Counted from the stretch's first letter, positions 38,181 to 48,932 are shown. The stretch: 64,000 nucleotides of DNA from an uncultured bacterium (GCA_964549045.1 CAZJUA010000022.1:33422-97421); one strand, 5' to 3'. Program-made: numbers and translations. The notes: generated by a model not told the origin, from the letters alone.

Positions 38181-38750
38181 TCAGGCCGTCGCGCGCCGCC
38201 AGATCGTGACCTGCCGGATCGCGTCCGGCTTCGCGCCGCCCGGGCGCTGCGGGTCGATCCGTGTGATCGCGTCGAGGACCTCGGCGCCATCGACCACGCG
38301 GCCGAACACGGCATGCTTGCCGTCGAGCCACGGGGTGGCCCCGAAGGTGATGAAGAACTGCGAGCCGTTGGTGCCGGGGCCGGCGTTCGCCATCGAGAGG
38401 ACGCCGGGCGCGTCGTGGCTCAACTCCGGGTGGAACTCGTCGGAGAAGCGGTAGCCGGGGCCGCCGCGGCCCGTGCCGGTCGGGTCGCCGGTCTGCGCCA
38501 TGAAGTCCTCGAGCACGCGGTGGAAGACGATGCCATCGAAGTAGCGGTGCAGCGCCAGGAAGACGAAGTTGTTGACCGTCACCGGGGTGCGGTCCTGTTC
38601 GAGGTCGACGAGCATCTCGCCGCGGTCGGTGTCGATCAGTGCGAGGTAGTCATGACCCCCCTCCAGCACCTGACCGGCGCGTTCGAACTGGGTGACGCGC
38701 TCGGCGCCGACGTGGGGGACCTGCTCGTAGCCTTCGAGTCGTGCGTTCAT
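38181..38750 (-). CDS. ppiB: Cyclophilin-type peptidyl-prolyl cis-trans isomerase (cytoplasmic)
   Basis: The start is moved to the ATG at 38750, which has AGGAGG 5 nt upstream. Cyclophilin blocks are present: [33 protein letters not shown] and HAVFGRVV. Confidence 0.9.
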   Translation of the reverse strand: MNARLEGYEQVPHVGAERVTQFERAGQVLEGGHDYLALIDTDRGEMLVDLEQDRTPVTVNNFVFLALHRYFDGIVFHRVLEDFMAQTGDPTGTGRGGPGYRFSDEFHPELSHDAPGVLSMANAGPGTNGSQFFITFGATPWLDGKHAVFGRVVDGAEVLDAITRIDPQRPGGAKPDAIRQVTIWRRATA

Positions 38751-38784
38751 GGAGCCTCCTGGGGTGGGGGAGATCACGGGCGGG

Positions 38785-39969
<1,185 letters not shown>

Positions 39970-39991
39970 GCCACCGCGGGGCGTCGGCCGT

Positions 39992-39997
39992 TATCGT
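39992..39997 (+). promoter_or_regulatory. -10 element (TATCGT) 6 nt upstream of the pilT GTG 40004; leaderless-type promoter
   Basis: The sequence reads ccgtTATCGTgtggccGTG. Confidence 0.4.
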
Positions 39998-40003
39998 GTG
40001 GCC

Positions 40004-41107
40004 GTGAACTTCCACGATCTGCTCAAGACGCTGGTCGACCGCGGCGCCTCCGACCTCCACCTCCACGTCGGGCTGCCGCCTCTGGCGCGCTTGCACGGCA
40101 AGCTCATCCCGGTGGCCGACACGCGCATCACCCCCGCCTTCACCGAGAAGCTGGTGGCCGCGATGTGCGACGAGCGCCAGCGGAGCATGTTCGCGGAGCG
40201 GCATCAGGTCGACCTGGCCTACTCCGTCTCCGGTCTGGGCCGCTTTCGCGTCAACCTCTTCCGCCAGCGCGGGAGCGTCAGCGCCGTCCTGCGCATCATC
40301 GGCTCGGACGAGTCGATGCTCGCGATCGTCAACCTCCCCGAGGAGACGATCAACTACTTCCGCGACCAGGAGAAGGGGATCGTGCTGGTCACGGGGCCGA
40401 CGGGGTCCGGCAAGTCGACCACGCTGGCGCGCATCATCGACGAGATCAACGCCGTCCACGGCAAGATGATCGTCACCATCGAGGACCCGATCGAGTACCT
40501 GCACCGCTCCAAGCGCTCGGCGATCGTGCAGCGCGAGATCGGCATGGACGCGACCACCTTCGCCGACGCGCTGGTCGCCGCCATGCGGCAGGACCCGGAC
40601 ATCATCATGATCGGGGAGATCCGCGACCACGCGACCGCGGCGGCGGCGCTGTCGGCCGCCCAGACGGGCCACCTGGTGTTCGCGACGCTCCACACGCAGG
40701 ACTCGGTCCGCACGATCAACCGGATGATGGAGCTGTTCCCGCCCCACGAGCGCGACGTCGCCAGGATCCTGTTCGCGGAGGCCCTGGTCGGCATCGTGTC
40801 GCAGCGGCTCCTCCCGCGCGTGGGGGGCAAGGGTCGGGTGGCGGCGATGGAGATCCTGCGCGGGACGCTGCGCATCCGCGACCTCATCAAGGACGAGCAG
40901 CGGACCGGGGAGATCTACGACGCCATCCGCGACTCCCGCTTCGACGGCATGCAGCTCTTCGACGACCACCTGGCCGATCTGTACGGCCAGGACGTCATCA
41001 GCTACGAGACGGCCATGCACGCCGCGACGTCGGCGCAGCAGTTCAAGATGTCGGCCACGCAGGTCGACCTGGAGCGCGGACGCCAGACGGCGACCCAGTG
41101 GGGCTGA
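40004..41107 (+). CDS. pilT: Type IV pilus retraction ATPase PilT
   Basis: The track ORF (465 aa) is trimmed to the GTG at 40004, giving VNFHDLLKTLVDRGASDLHLHVG.., the canonical PilT N-terminus. It has Walker A GPTGSGKST and the AIRNLIRE-like RIRDLIKDE motif. Alternative starts are 39968 and 39998. Confidence 0.9.
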   Translation: MNFHDLLKTLVDRGASDLHLHVGLPPLARLHGKLIPVADTRITPAFTEKLVAAMCDERQRSMFAERHQVDLAYSVSGLGRFRVNLFRQRGSVSAVLRIIGSDESMLAIVNLPEETINYFRDQEKGIVLVTGPTGSGKSTTLARIIDEINAVHGKMIVTIEDPIEYLHRSKRSAIVQREIGMDATTFADALVAAMRQDPDIIMIGEIRDHATAAAALSAAQTGHLVFATLHTQDSVRTINRMMELFPPHERDVARILFAEALVGIVSQRLLPRVGGKGRVAAMEILRGTLRIRDLIKDEQRTGEIYDAIRDSRFDGMQLFDDHLADLYGQDVISYETAMHAATSAQQFKMSATQVDLERGRQTATQWG

Positions 41108-41132
41108 GGCCGCCGCCGCGCGCACCGGCTCG

Positions 41133-44100
41133 TCAGAAGGGGACGTCGCTCGCCGGCCCCGGCGAGCGGGCGGCCGGCGATCGGCCGCGCGCGCCGTAAC
41201 CCTGGCGGCCGCGCTCCTCCAGCCACGGACGCGCGTCGAGGGCCACCGTGGCCGTGAGCCACGGGCAGGCCTCCACCACGGCCGGTAGGCCCTCGGGATC
41301 GACGCGGAGCCCCTCCGCGGCGAAGTGGATCGTCCCCGACCCCGTGCGCAGCCTCATCTCGACGGGCACGCGACCGGAGCGATCGTCGAGGCAGGAGCGC
41401 AGCTCCATCAGCTGGTGCGACCCCAGCTCGTCGAGATCGAAGGCCAGGATCGCCAGCTCGGGCCCCTGCTCGCGCCGGTCCCCCCGCACGAGCCTCTCGG
41501 CCACCAGCCGGAGCGCGTCCCCGTCCTGGCTGACCTCGCACACCACCACCGCCGGCACGTCCTCGGCGAGGGCGGCCGCGATGTCGTCGTAGGTGCGGCC
41601 GAAGGCGACGACCTCGCGGGCACCACTCACGTCGGCGATCTCGAAGCGGGCCATCATGCCGCCCTTGCGCGTCGGTCGCTTGACCACGTTCTGCAGCAGG
41701 CCTGCCAGGGCGACGCGAGGGCGGCCGCCGTCGGCGCCCTGCTCGCGCCACCAGCCGTCGAGCTCCGCGACGCTGCAACTGGCCGACTCCGTGAGGCCTG
41801 GATACTCCAGCATCGGATGGCTCGACAGGTAGAGCCCCAGCGCCTCCTTCTCCATGCGCAGCAGGTCGAGTGCACCGAGGGGTTCGGCGGCGGTGAGCGC
41901 CGGCGGCCGCACCTCGTCGATGCCGAAGAGACCGAGCTGCCCGAGACTGGCCTGCTCGCGCTGGGCGGCGCCCCAGCGCAGGGCGGGCTCGAGATGCTCG
42001 AGGAGCGAGGCACGGTCGCCGAGCGCGTCGAACGCGCCCGCCTTCACGAGCGATTCCAATGCGCGTTTGTTCACGAGCTGGGTGTCTACCCGGCGACAGA
42101 AGTCGAACAGGTCGCGGAAGCGCCCTCCCTGCTGGCGCTCGCGCACCAGGTGGTCGACCGCCGCGTCGCCGACGTTCTTCACGCCGTAGAGCCCGAAGCG
42201 GACGACCCCGCCGTCCGGCGTGAAGTCGCCACCCGAGGTGTTGATGTCGGGCGGCAGCACCTCCACGCCGAGGTGACGGGCGTCGGCGACGTACTGCGCC
42301 ACCTTGTCGCTGTCACCGCGCTCGACCGTCAGCAGGGCCGCGGCGAACGCGACGGGGAAGTGGGCCTTGAGGTAGGCCGTCTGGTACGACAGCACGCCGT
42401 AGGCGGCGCTGTGCGACTTGTTGAAGCCGTAGTTCGCGAACTTCTCCAACAGGTCGAAGATGTGGTTCGCCTCGGGCCGCGGGATGCCTCGCTCGCGCGC
42501 GCCGCGCTCGAAGATCGCCCGCTGCTGCTCCATCTCCGCGACCTTCTTCTTGCCCATCGCGCGCCGCAGCAGGTCCGCCTCGCCCAGGGTGTAACCCGCC
42601 ACCGCCTGCGCGATCTGCATGATCTGCTCCTGGTAGACGGGGATCCCGTAGGTCTCCTCCAGGATGGGCGCCAGGATCGGTGCCGCGACGGGGAAGTCGG
42701 CGTAGCTGACCTCCTCCTGGCCGTGGTGCCGCCGGATGTAGGTCGGGATGTTTTCCATGGGCCCGGGCCGGTAGAGGGCGGAGACGGCGATGAGGTCCTG
42801 GATGCGGCGCGGCTTCAGCTTGCGCAGCGTGTCGACCATCCCCGGCGACTCGAACTGGAACACGCCGGCGGCGTCGCCGCGGGCCAGCAGCTCGTAGGTG
42901 AGCGCGTCGTCCGCGGGGAAGGCGTCGGGGTCGAGCAGGGCGCCGTAGGTGTCGCGCACGATGCGCACGGCCGCCTCGATCAGCGACAGGGTGCGCAACC
43001 CGAGGAAGTCCATCTTGATGAACCCGAGGTCCTCGACCGAGCCCATGTCGTACTGGCACACGACCGGACCGTCGCCGCTGCGGAACAGCGGGGCGAGCTC
43101 GGTGATCGGGTCGCGGGCGATGATCACGCCGGCCGCGTGCACGGAGGCGTGGCGCGTCAGCCCCTCGAGGGACATCGCGACGTCGACGTACGGCTGGGCA
43201 CCGGCAGCGTAGAGGTCGCGCAGCTCGGGGATCTCCTCGAGCGCCGTGCGGATGGGCACCGATCGGCCGAACACCAGCGGGATCAGCTTCGAGACCTTGT
43301 CGGCGTCGGCGAACGGCGCCTCCATCACGCGCGCCGCGTCCTTGATCGCGGCCCGCGAGGCCATCGTCCCGAAGGTCGCGATGTGCGCGACCTTGTCGTC
43401 GCCGTAGGTGCGGCGCACGTAATCGATGACCTCGCCGCGGCGGGCGTCCGAGAAGTCGATGTCGAAGTCGGGCAGGGACACGCGGTCGGGGTTCAGGAAG
43501 CGTTCGAAGAGGAGTCCGTAGGCGATGGGGTCGATGTTCGTGATGCGCAGCGCGTAGGCGACGATCGAGCCCGCGCCCGAGCCGCGGCCGGGCCCGACCG
43601 CGATACCCTGGTCCTTCGCCCAGCCGATGAAGTCGGCGACGATGAGGAAGTAGTCGGGGAAGCCCATGGCGACGATCACGCCGAGTTCGAACTCCGCCCG
43701 CCGCAGCAGCTCGATCGCGGTGGCGTCCGGCCACGAGGCCGCGAACGCCTCCAGGTGCGGCGACTCGTAGCGGTCGTACGGTTCGTCCTCGCGCTTGGGC
43801 CGCCGCCCCCGTTCGGCGTGCCGCGCCAGGCTCAGCCAGACGTCCTCCAGCGACGCGTCGCCGGTTCGGCCGCCGTCGGCGTGGGCGAGGTACGCGCGCC
43901 AGAGCGCCTCCGTGACGTGGTCCGGGTAGCGCCGGCGGAGGCCGGCGTAGGTCTGGATCCGCAGCTGCTCGGCGAGCGTCCGACCCGCCGGCAGCGGGAG
44001 TTCGGGCATCTGGTACACCCGCCTGCTGCCGATCGGCAGCTCCAGGGTGCAGCGGTCCGCGACGACCATCGTGTTGGCCAGCGCGCTCGGGTACGCGGAC

Positions 44101-44897
44101 TCGGGGATCGCCGCCGCCATCTCGTCGGGCGTCTTGACGTAGAACTCGTCGCAGGGGAAGCGGAAGCGGTCGGGGTCCGACAGCACCGTCTTGGTCTGGA
44201 TCGCGAGGAGCGCCTCGTGCGCGCGGGCGTCCGCCTTGCGCACGTAGTGACCGTCGTTGGTGGCGACCATCGCCACGCCGTGCCGCTGCGCCAGGTCCTT
44301 GAGGACGGGGTTGAGCCGCCGCTGCTCCTCGAGGCCGTGGTCCTGCAGCTCGATGAAGAAGTCGTCGCCGAAGACCCCGAGGAAGCGCCGCAGCACCTCA
44401 TCGCCCGCCTCCGGCCCGACGTCGAGGATCGTGCGCGGCAGCTGCGCGCCTAGGCACCCCGAGAGGGCGATCACGCCCTCGTGGTGCTCCTCGAGCAACT
44501 CGAAGTCGATGCGCGGCTTCATGTAGAAGCCCTCGAGGAAGGCGCGGCTCGAGAGCTTGCACAGGTTCCGGTAGCCCTGCAGGTCCTTGGCCAGCAGCGT
44601 CAGGTGGTAGTAGCCGCCATCCAGACGCCCCTCGAGGCGGCGCTTGTCGAAGCGCGAGCCGGGCGTCATGTACGCCTCGAAACCGATGATCGGCTTGACG
44701 CCGGCCGCGGCGGCCGCCTTGCTGAACTCGACGGCGCCGTGCATGTTGCCGTGGTCGGTCATCGCCAGCGCGGCGTCGGACGGGCTGACCTGCTTGACCC
44801 ACTCGACCAGGTCCTTGATGCGGGCCGCGCCGTCGAGCAGGCTGTAGGCGGTGTGCTGGTGGAGGTGGGCGAAACGCCGGGGCGTGCCATCGCTCAT
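41133..44897 (-). CDS. dnaE: DNA polymerase III alpha subunit
   Basis: 1254 aa with a PHP domain N-terminus (FAHLHQHTAYSLLDGA), a polymerase core, an HhH region and a C-terminal OB fold. Confidence 0.97.
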   Translation of the reverse strand: MSDGTPRRFAHLHQHTAYSLLDGAARIKDLVEWVKQVSPSDAALAMTDHGNMHGAVEFSKAAAAAGVKPIIGFEAYMTPGSRFDKRRLEGRLDGGYYHLTLLAKDLQGYRNLCKLSSRAFLEGFYMKPRIDFELLEEHHEGVIALSGCLGAQLPRTILDVGPEAGDEVLRRFLGVFGDDFFIELQDHGLEEQRRLNPVLKDLAQRHGVAMVATNDGHYVRKADARAHEALLAIQTKTVLSDPDRFRFPCDEFYVKTPDEMAAAIPESAYPSALANTMVVADRCTLELPIGSRRVYQMPELPLPAGRTLAEQLRIQTYAGLRRRYPDHVTEALWRAYLAHADGGRTGDASLEDVWLSLARHAERGRRPKREDEPYDRYESPHLEAFAASWPDATAIELLRRAEFELGVIVAMGFPDYFLIVADFIGWAKDQGIAVGPGRGSGAGSIVAYALRITNIDPIAYGLLFERFLNPDRVSLPDFDIDFSDARRGEVIDYVRRTYGDDKVAHIATFGTMASRAAIKDAARVMEAPFADADKVSKLIPLVFGRSVPIRTALEEIPELRDLYAAGAQPYVDVAMSLEGLTRHASVHAAGVIIARDPITELAPLFRSGDGPVVCQYDMGSVEDLGFIKMDFLGLRTLSLIEAAVRIVRDTYGALLDPDAFPADDALTYELLARGDAAGVFQFESPGMVDTLRKLKPRRIQDLIAVSALYRPGPMENIPTYIRRHHGQEEVSYADFPVAAPILAPILEETYGIPVYQEQIMQIAQAVAGYTLGEADLLRRAMGKKKVAEMEQQRAIFERGARERGIPRPEANHIFDLLEKFANYGFNKSHSAAYGVLSYQTAYLKAHFPVAFAAALLTVERGDSDKVAQYVADARHLGVEVLPPDINTSGGDFTPDGGVVRFGLYGVKNVGDAAVDHLVRERQQGGRFRDLFDFCRRVDTQLVNKRALESLVKAGAFDALGDRASLLEHLEPALRWGAAQREQASLGQLGLFGIDEVRPPALTAAEPLGALDLLRMEKEALGLYLSSHPMLEYPGLTESASCSVAELDGWWREQGADGGRPRVALAGLLQNVVKRPTRKGGMMARFEIADVSGAREVVAFGRTYDDIAAALAEDVPAVVVCEVSQDGDALRLVAERLVRGDRREQGPELAILAFDLDELGSHQLMELRSCLDDRSGRVPVEMRLRTGSGTIHFAAEGLRVDPEGLPAVVEACPWLTATVALDARPWLEERGRQGYGARGRSPAARSPGPASDVPF

Positions 44898-44903
44898 GCG
44901 GGC

Positions 44904-44909
44904 ACCTTA
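44904..44909 (-). promoter_or_regulatory. -10 element (cggTAAGGT) 6 nt upstream of the dnaE ATG; leaderless-type promoter
   Basis: The minus-sense sequence reads gcggTAAGGTgcccgcATG. Confidence 0.45.
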
Positions 44910-44962
44910 CCGCGGTCCGCCCGACGGCCCCGGCGATGGGCGTGGGTCCCGTGCCCCACGCG

Positions 44963-44991
44963 TTGACAGCCCCTAGGGCGCGTGGTACCTT
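44963..44991 (+). promoter_or_regulatory. Promoter TTGACA-17 nt-(TGG)TACCTT for the tRNA-Cys/tRNA-Val unit
   Basis: A perfect -35 hexamer, a 17-nt spacer and an extended -10. The -10 ends 10 nt before tRNA-Cys. Confidence 0.55.
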
Positions 44992-45001
44992 CGGTGGGCT
45001 T

Positions 45002-45076
<75 letters not shown>

Positions 45077-45121
45077 CCACCCCGCTCCGGTCCCACCCGG
45101 ACGGCGTCAACACGAACCGCG

Positions 45122-45196
45122 CAGGCGCGTAGCTCAGTGGGAGAGCGCTACATTGACACTGTAGAGGTCGCCAGTTCAATCCTGGCCGCGCCTACC
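45122..45196 (+). tRNA. tRNA-Val (anticodon GAC)
   Basis: Manual cloverleaf: acceptor AGGCGCG/CGCGCCT, anticodon arm CTACA-TTGACAC-TGTAG, T arm GCCAG-TTCAATC-CTGGC, CCA encoded. Confidence 0.9.
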
Positions 45197-45220
45197 AAGA
45201 CGAAGCCGACGTGAGCGGCA

Positions 45221-45254
45221 GGCGGGAGGCCCCGATCAGGGGCCTCCCGCTTTC
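45221..45254 (+). terminator. Rho-independent terminator after tRNA-Val
   Basis: A 12-bp stem GCGGGAGGCCCC/GGGGCCTCCCGC with loop GATCA, followed by TTTCT. Confidence 0.7.
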
Positions 45255-45305
45255 TGCGGCCGCGCGGATGGCGCCCGCACCGCGGGCCGCTCGCGCCCGC
45301 CGCGT

Positions 45306-46178
45306 TCACCCGGCCCGGACGCCGTAGTGCGCCTCGCACGCCTGCTCGCGGCCCCGCACGACGCGGTGGCCCTGCAGGGCGCCGCGGGTGGCCGTCACGA
45401 CGGTCGCCTGGCGTTCGCCGCCACGGCCGTCATGGTAGATGACGACCCAGTCACCGGTGCGTCCCAGGCGATGCGCTCGAGCGGTGTTGGAGAACAGCGC
45501 CGTGTACTCGCGCTCGCCGCGGCGCGTGTGGAGGATGGGAAGCCACGCCTCGCCGGTCGGGTTGAACCGACGTGGCGCGATGGTCTGGAGTTCCCCCCGG
45601 GCGGCCGCCTCGCGGTACTCACGGTCGACGTCGAGGATCTCCGCCACGGGAGGTTCGTCGGCAGCCTCCGGCGATCCGGGGCGGACCCGCCCCAACCGTG
45701 CCTGGAGGACGTCGCGGATGCCGGCGATGCGCTTCGGGCCGAGACCGTGGATCGCATCGAGCCGCCCGTCGTGTGCCGCCGCCTCCAGCTCCTCGAGCGA
45801 CCCGATCCCCAGGTCGTGGACCAGTCGGTCGGCGAGCTTGGGGCCGATGCCGGGCACCGTCGTCAGCACCGCTTCCGGATCGGCGTCGCCGCGGAGGTGC
45901 TCGAGCAGTGGCAGTCGGCCCGTCGTCACGAGTGTGCGGATGCTGCGGGCCAACCGTTCGCCGATCGTGGGGAGCGCCTCGAGGCCGTCCAGGCCACCCT
46001 CCGCGAGGATCGCCGCCAGTGGACGCTTCAGGTCACGGATCGTGCTCGCGGCACGACGGTACGCGGTGACGCGGAACGGGTTCGCCCGTTGCTCCTCGAG
46101 GAGCAACGCGACCTCGTCGAGGCGCGAAGCCACCGCTGCGTTCGCGCCCGTCGCACCGCTCACGTCATCGCGCGGCAT
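45306..46178 (-). CDS. Helix-hairpin-helix DNA-binding protein resembling the N-terminal (8-kDa/fingers) part of family X polymerases, without palm or PHP domains
   Basis: The track ORF is trimmed to the ATG at 46178, which has GAGGAGG upstream. FRVTAYRRAASTI, LPTIGERLA, VPGIGPKLA and GLGPKRIAGI are PolX-like HhH motifs. The C-terminal ~110 aa are unassigned. Confidence 0.65.
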   Translation of the reverse strand: MPRDDVSGATGANAAVASRLDEVALLLEEQRANPFRVTAYRRAASTIRDLKRPLAAILAEGGLDGLEALPTIGERLARSIRTLVTTGRLPLLEHLRGDADPEAVLTTVPGIGPKLADRLVHDLGIGSLEELEAAAHDGRLDAIHGLGPKRIAGIRDVLQARLGRVRPGSPEAADEPPVAEILDVDREYREAAARGELQTIAPRRFNPTGEAWLPILHTRRGEREYTALFSNTARAHRLGRTGDWVVIYHDGRGGERQATVVTATRGALQGHRVVRGREQACEAHYGVRAG

Positions 46179-46209
46179 CCCGGCCTCCTCGGGAACGATC
46201 GAGGGGGGT

Positions 46210-46926
46210 TCAGCCCGCCACGACCTCCGTGACGAAGCCGGGCATCCGTGGCGCCTCGAGGCCCATGTTCTCGTAGAGCCCGTCCGGCAGCGCAAGGTCG
46301 CCGACGAACAGCCGGCCGACGTGCTCGCCCGGCGCGGCGCCGCGTTTGGCCAGACCGATGCCCAGGGTCATGGTCGCGTTCACGACGTCGCCCGGCAGCG
46401 TTCCGTCGTCGGCCTTCAGGCCCGTCGGGACGTCGAGCGAGATGACGCAGCTGCCCTGGGCCACGAGCTGGTTGACGACGGTGATGACGTCGAGCGTGCG
46501 GCCGCGTGGGGGCCCCTCGAGGTTGGTGCCGATGGCGGCGTCGATCACCACCGAGAACTTCATCTTCGGAAGGCTGGTGCGCACCTTGACCGTCTCGTAG
46601 TGCCGCAGGTGCTCGAGCTGCTCCTTGGGCGTGCCCGAGTAGTTCTCCGCCTCGTGGGTCGGCACGACCCACACGCGCCGGCCGCGCGCCGCCAGCAGTC
46701 GCGCCGCCGCGAGCCCACCCGAGCCGTTGTTGCCGCGGCCCGCCACCACCAGGATCGTGCCTTCGGGGGCGTGGGCGTCGACCAACCGCACGACGTTGCG
46801 CGCCGTGTGCTCCACCAACAGGCGGCTGTCGAGGCCGTACTTGCCGGTCGCGAGCATGATCAGCTGCTGCATCTGGGTGCCGGTGATCCGCGGTACGGCG
46901 TCCCACGAGACGGTCGGGAAGCTCAT
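46210..46926 (-). CDS. YjeF N-terminal domain protein (NAD(P)H-hydrate epimerase-like), stand-alone
   Basis: Trimmed to the ATG at 46926, which has GAGGAGG 5 nt upstream. It contains VVAGRGNNGSGGLAAARLL and VIDAAIGTNL, matching the YjeF_N fold. No carbohydrate-kinase half is attached. Confidence 0.75.
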   Translation of the reverse strand: MSFPTVSWDAVPRITGTQMQQLIMLATGKYGLDSRLLVEHTARNVVRLVDAHAPEGTILVVAGRGNNGSGGLAAARLLAARGRRVWVVPTHEAENYSGTPKEQLEHLRHYETVKVRTSLPKMKFSVVIDAAIGTNLEGPPRGRTLDVITVVNQLVAQGSCVISLDVPTGLKADDGTLPGDVVNATMTLGIGLAKRGAAPGEHVGRLFVGDLALPDGLYENMGLEAPRMPGFVTEVVAG

Positions 46927-46936
46927 CGGTCCCTCC

Positions 46937-47674
46937 TCAGCCGGCGACCGACTCGGCGAACGCCGAGAGGTCGGCGGTGCTGTACACGTTCTGGACGTCG
47001 TCGAGCTCCTCGAGCGCATCGAGGAAGCTCACCACGCGGGCGGCGGCGGCGGCGGCCAGCGCCGTGGTCGTCTGGGGAACCTTGGTCAGCTGGCTCACCT
47101 GCGGCTCGAAGCCGGCGCCCTGCATGGCGTCGACGACGTCGTACAGGGACGTCGGCGCCGTGTAGATGGTGGTGGCGCCCTCCTCGACCTCGATGTCCTC
47201 CGCGCCGGCCTCGATGGCGGCCTCCGCGACCGCCTCGTCATCGCGCTCGACGACGATGAGGCCCTTCGTCTCGAACTGCCAGGCCACGCTGCCGGAGAGG
47301 TTGCCGCCGCGCTTCGAGAACACGTGGCGCACCTCACCGACCGTGCGGTTGCGGTTGTCGGTCAGGGCCTCGACCAGCACCGCGATCCCGCCTGGGCCGT
47401 AACCTTCGTACATGACCGTCTCGAACGCGGCGCCACCCTCGGCGCTGCCGAGCGCGCGCTCGATCGCACGGTCGATGTTGTCGACCGGGACGTTGTCGCT
47501 CTTGGCGGCGGCCAGCGCGTTCTTCAGCGGCAGGTTCGCGCCGGGATCGCCGCCACCACCCTCACGCACCGCGCTCTGGATGGCGCGGATGTGCTTGCTG
47601 ATCACCTTGCCCCGTTGGTTGTCGTTCGCAGCCTTCTTGCGCTTGATCTGCGACCACTTGTTATGGCCCGCCAC
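46937..47674 (-). CDS. yebC: YebC/PmpR family DNA-binding transcriptional regulator
   Basis: 245 aa. A GTG start gives [15 protein letters not shown].., the invariant family N-terminus. Confidence 0.95.
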   Translation of the reverse strand: MAGHNKWSQIKRKKAANDNQRGKVISKHIRAIQSAVREGGGGDPGANLPLKNALAAAKSDNVPVDNIDRAIERALGSAEGGAAFETVMYEGYGPGGIAVLVEALTDNRNRTVGEVRHVFSKRGGNLSGSVAWQFETKGLIVVERDDEAVAEAAIEAGAEDIEVEEGATTIYTAPTSLYDVVDAMQGAGFEPQVSQLTKVPQTTTALAAAAAARVVSFLDALEELDDVQNVYSTADLSAFAESVAG

Positions 47675-47756
47675 GTTGCCTGCCTTCCATCACGCCCCCC
47701 GGGCCGGGCCGAACGCCGCGCGGTCGGCACCACCAAGGGGGCGTACTCATGAGGGG

Positions 47757-47762
47757 ATTGTA
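47757..47762 (-). promoter_or_regulatory. -10 element TACAAT upstream of the yebC operon
   Basis: The minus-sense sequence reads ctggggTACAATcccctc, about 80 nt upstream of the yebC GTG. yebC has a GGAAGG SD. Confidence 0.45.
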
Positions 47763-47791
47763 CCCCAGGGACGTGGCCGGCAGGCGCCTCG

Positions 47792-48379
47792 TCAGCGACG
47801 CTGCACCTCGTAGGTGTCCTCGAACACGCTGGCGTCGTCGAACCGCGCCAGGTCGGCGCGGATGGCCTCGGTCCAGGCGTCCAGGCCCCGCAGGCCCTCG
47901 TAGCGGGCGTCGATCCGCGCGGGCGACCACACCGCGCGCAGCCGCCACGTGCCCTCGGGCGTGCGTCCCTCGACGGGCTCGCGGGTCCCGACCGGGGGCA
48001 CGCGGATGGGGTTGCCGCCAGCGTCGATGGGGAAGTCGCGGACGAGCACCGTGGCCCGCCCGGCGGGATCCAGCGCGGTGACCGTCAGGTAGCCGCTACG
48101 CCGTACCGCGACCCGGAAGGACATCTGCGTGCCCGGGTAGATCGTGCGCGGCGCGACCTCGAAGATCCTGAAGGTCTCGTCGCCGGGCAGCAACGGGCTC
48201 GGCTCCGGCGGCCGCGGGCGGTCGACGTTCGGGGTCGACCCGTCGGTCGGGGGTCGCGGTCGGTCGACGGAGGTGCCGCCACCGGCATCGACCTGCGGCA
48301 GGAAGGTCACCGTGCACGACGAGGCGAGGAGGGCGACGACGATGGCGAGAACGATCGAGCCGGGTCGACGGATGAGCAT
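47792..48379 (-). CDS. Lipoprotein with DUF4384-like beta domain (paralog 2)
   Basis: Trimmed to the ATG at 48379, which has GGAGG 7 nt upstream. It has a lipobox LLASSC. The core ..MSFRVAVRRSGYLTVTALDPAGRATVLV.. fits the DUF4384 pattern as I remember it. It is paralogous to 48423-48932. Confidence 0.65.
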   Translation of the reverse strand: MLIRRPGSIVLAIVVALLASSCTVTFLPQVDAGGGTSVDRPRPPTDGSTPNVDRPRPPEPSPLLPGDETFRIFEVAPRTIYPGTQMSFRVAVRRSGYLTVTALDPAGRATVLVRDFPIDAGGNPIRVPPVGTREPVEGRTPEGTWRLRAVWSPARIDARYEGLRGLDAWTEAIRADLARFDDASVFEDTYEVQRR

Positions 48380-48422
48380 GGACGAACCTCCGGTGGCGAC
48401 GGCGTGGGCGGGCGGCAGCGCG

Positions 48423-48932
48423 TCAGCGACGAATCTCGAAGCGGGTCTCCACCACGTCGTCGGGGCCGTAGCCATAGCCGCGGATCTCGAGGACGATCTG
48501 GGCCAGCCAGCCGTCGAGCGAACCCCTGCCGACGAAGCGGACGCGTTCGGGCGTGGGCTCGGGGGTGAAGTGCGCCCGCACCACGTGCACGCCCGTCGGT
48601 GGTACCGCGATGAAGACGTTACGACCAGGTGAGGCCGGGATCGACTCCACGCGGTTGCCGCGCACCGGGACGTTGCGCGCGATGACGTAGACGCTGCCGT
48701 CGGGATCGATCGCCGTCAGCGTCACGTAGCCGGGTTGGCTGGTGCGGATGCGGAACGACACCACACTGCCGACCCGGTAACTCGACGAGAACGACTCGAA
48801 GCGCTCGATCACCGCGCTCCGGATCGGGCGCGGACGATCGACCGACACGTCGGGGTAGAAGGTGATGGTGCAAGCGCTGAGCGTCAGCACGGCCGCGATG
48901 GCCATGAGGGTCGCGATTCGACGCGGGTGCAT
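48423..48932 (-). CDS. Lipoprotein with DUF4384-like beta domain (paralog 1)
   Basis: 169 aa with a lipobox LTLSAC and the core VSFRIRTSQPGYVTLTAIDPDGSVYVIA. Both paralogs end in (Y/F)E(V/I)(Q/R)RR. GGAG lies upstream. Confidence 0.65.
   Translation of the reverse strand: MHPRRIATLMAIAAVLTLSACTITFYPDVSVDRPRPIRSAVIERFESFSSSYRVGSVVSFRIRTSQPGYVTLTAIDPDGSVYVIARNVPVRGNRVESIPASPGRNVFIAVPPTGVHVVRAHFTPEPTPERVRFVGRGSLDGWLAQIVLEIRGYGYGPDDVVETRFEIRR

Noticed and set aside
47661-47948. 95-aa minus ORF and a 29-codon leaderless mini-ORF starting 6 nt after the TACAAT -10
   Set aside because: Its composition is Arg/Pro/Gly/Trp-rich and it overlaps the yebC start out of frame. yebC has its own SD, so the region is more simply the yebC 5' UTR. 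I cannot exclude a small peptide but have no support for one.
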